From the NCBI GenBank assembly GCA_050575255.1, contig JBNZDD010013707.1, positions 2,298,954 through 2,362,953 of the forward strand: 64,000 bases of DNA, read 5' to 3'. How positions within the stretch are numbered: the first letter of the stretch is position 1; every line of letters begins with the position of its first letter. Below, piece by piece: positions 62,579 to 64,000 of this stretch. Below the pieces are notes generated by a model. That model worked only from the letters and a program-made list of their open reading frames with translations, was not told where the DNA came from and ran no database searches. The DNA is from Harriotta raleighana. Lineage: Eukaryota. The translations under genes and the position numbers were made by a program.

Positions 62579-64000
62579 ACAAATATTATCCCTCACTCCA
62601 CCCCCCGCAGATACACATACACACATTACCCCTCTCCCCCACCCCACCCCAGGTACACACACACACATTACTATTATTATAAATATAATAATAATTATTA
62701 TTATAAGGGAACCTGCCATTTAACAAAGCACATTATACTGTAACTGGATTCTACTAAATGTGTTCCTGAACATGTATCTTCATTATTTTGAGGTAATCAT
62801 TGAAGATAATTGAAGAATCAGCCTCTTCTAAATGGAGGAAGTTGTAATCTTGCCCTTGACTTTGTGCTAAATTGATCAGGACTGGTGCCTTGCACTCACA
62901 GTGGTGACTGTGTATCTCTGACCAGGCTAATTATAGGATCAGAGCTTGACTGATGCCTGAAGGCTGAGATGTCCTAAGGGATGTGATTATTTATACTTTT
63001 CACACCAACCACCTGCAACAGTTATTATGGGTTGAAACCAATTCTTACAGTGAAAAGCCATCATTATTGGATGCTCCTATTGACATTGCTAACATTTCGG
63101 ATCATGCTCCTGTCTGAATTGATTTTATATTTGATCCATTGTCTAATTGTCCGTCCATGGGAGGCTTAATGAATCCTTGTTCCAGAATCCTGATGCAGCT
63201 AAATGTTTCGATACTGATTATTTTAATATTAACGACGACAGGAAAGTTGACCCTGCTTCAGTCTGGGGTGTTGTTAGCGAAATATGGAGAGGCAATTAAT
63301 AGCTTACAGATACTGGAAAACGTCACTTGTGAGAGGGAGGCTATAAAAGAATGCAAGATTTAAAAAAAAACACTTGAAAACTCAACACACTTGTGCCTCC
63401 CATTGGGCTGAACTTTTAAAGTTAAAAATAGTGAACAAATTAAGTGAAACAATTGGAATTTGCACATGGGGAGGTTAAAGCCTCATAAAGTGTCAGTCTA
63501 GCTGAGCTGATAATACAGTACTCAGGCTTCTGAGTCTGGAGAGGAGGCTGGTGATCGGTAGCACAGGTATATGCTAATGGTTACAACATTTAAAAAATAA
63601 TTAGATCTAATCCATTTATCATGGTTGGAAAAAAATCATCTCACAATAAACATGGGATGCTAATAATTACCTCTGAATTCTTCTCTCACCACTCTCACCC
63701 TAACTTATTGTTATTGTGACTATCTACAGTTTGCAGAGGCTACTGAAGAGGAATCAGGCCCAGGAAATTCAATGGATTTTAACTTCTAACTCTGGGATGT
63801 CCAGGGCCAATTTAACCTCCCCTGCAATCTGTTTGAGATTGGAAAACACAGCACAGACTAGGATTTGAACCAGCAAGTTTCTGGTCTGTAAACTGTGGCT
63901 CTATCCAGTATCCCATCAAGCTGCCACTTGCTTTTATTACTTCTAGGTCCTTTCTCAGCCACAATACTAAGAACTTTAGACTAGAGCACCTTATTGGTTT

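Noticed and set aside
63941-63970. Acceptor ttattacttctag|GTC as the possible next B55 exon
   Set aside because: Reads VLSQPQY-stop rather than the expected VPVLKPMDLMVE; the true next exon must lie beyond the window.

Overview
This is eukaryotic, intron-dominated vertebrate DNA; no prokaryotic-type system (operon, CRISPR, rRNA) is present. The repeat repertoire (SacSINE1/DeuSINE-like SINEs, L2 and CR1 LINEs, a shark-type Penelope-like fragment) points to a cartilaginous fish, possibly a chimaera; that assignment is inference. The only securely coding sequence is three consecutive + strand exons (59261-59358, 59778-59943, 60426-60538) of a PP2A regulatory B55 subunit gene, most similar to PPP2R2C (B55-gamma). 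The gene continues past the window end and I did not find its canonical first exon. The upstream ~59 kb is therefore probably a very large first intron / alternative-promoter region, with candidate alternative N-terminal exons (best: 30301-30413). Notable structures: a 1086-bp solo LTR with a 4-bp TSD nested in a Tigger-like MITE; a ~148-bp, ~95% identical local inverted duplication splitting a CR1 fossil; a mosaic tRNA/CORE-like/Deu-tail SINE family in long and short forms sharing an L2 3' stem-loop; a Penelope-type fragment with a degenerate hammerhead core; and two pogo/Tigger-like MITE families. Nearly all ORFs in the supplied track are spurious. All alignments were made by eye, family names come from recalled consensus sequences, and repeat boundaries are approximate unless TSDs or TIRs are quoted.
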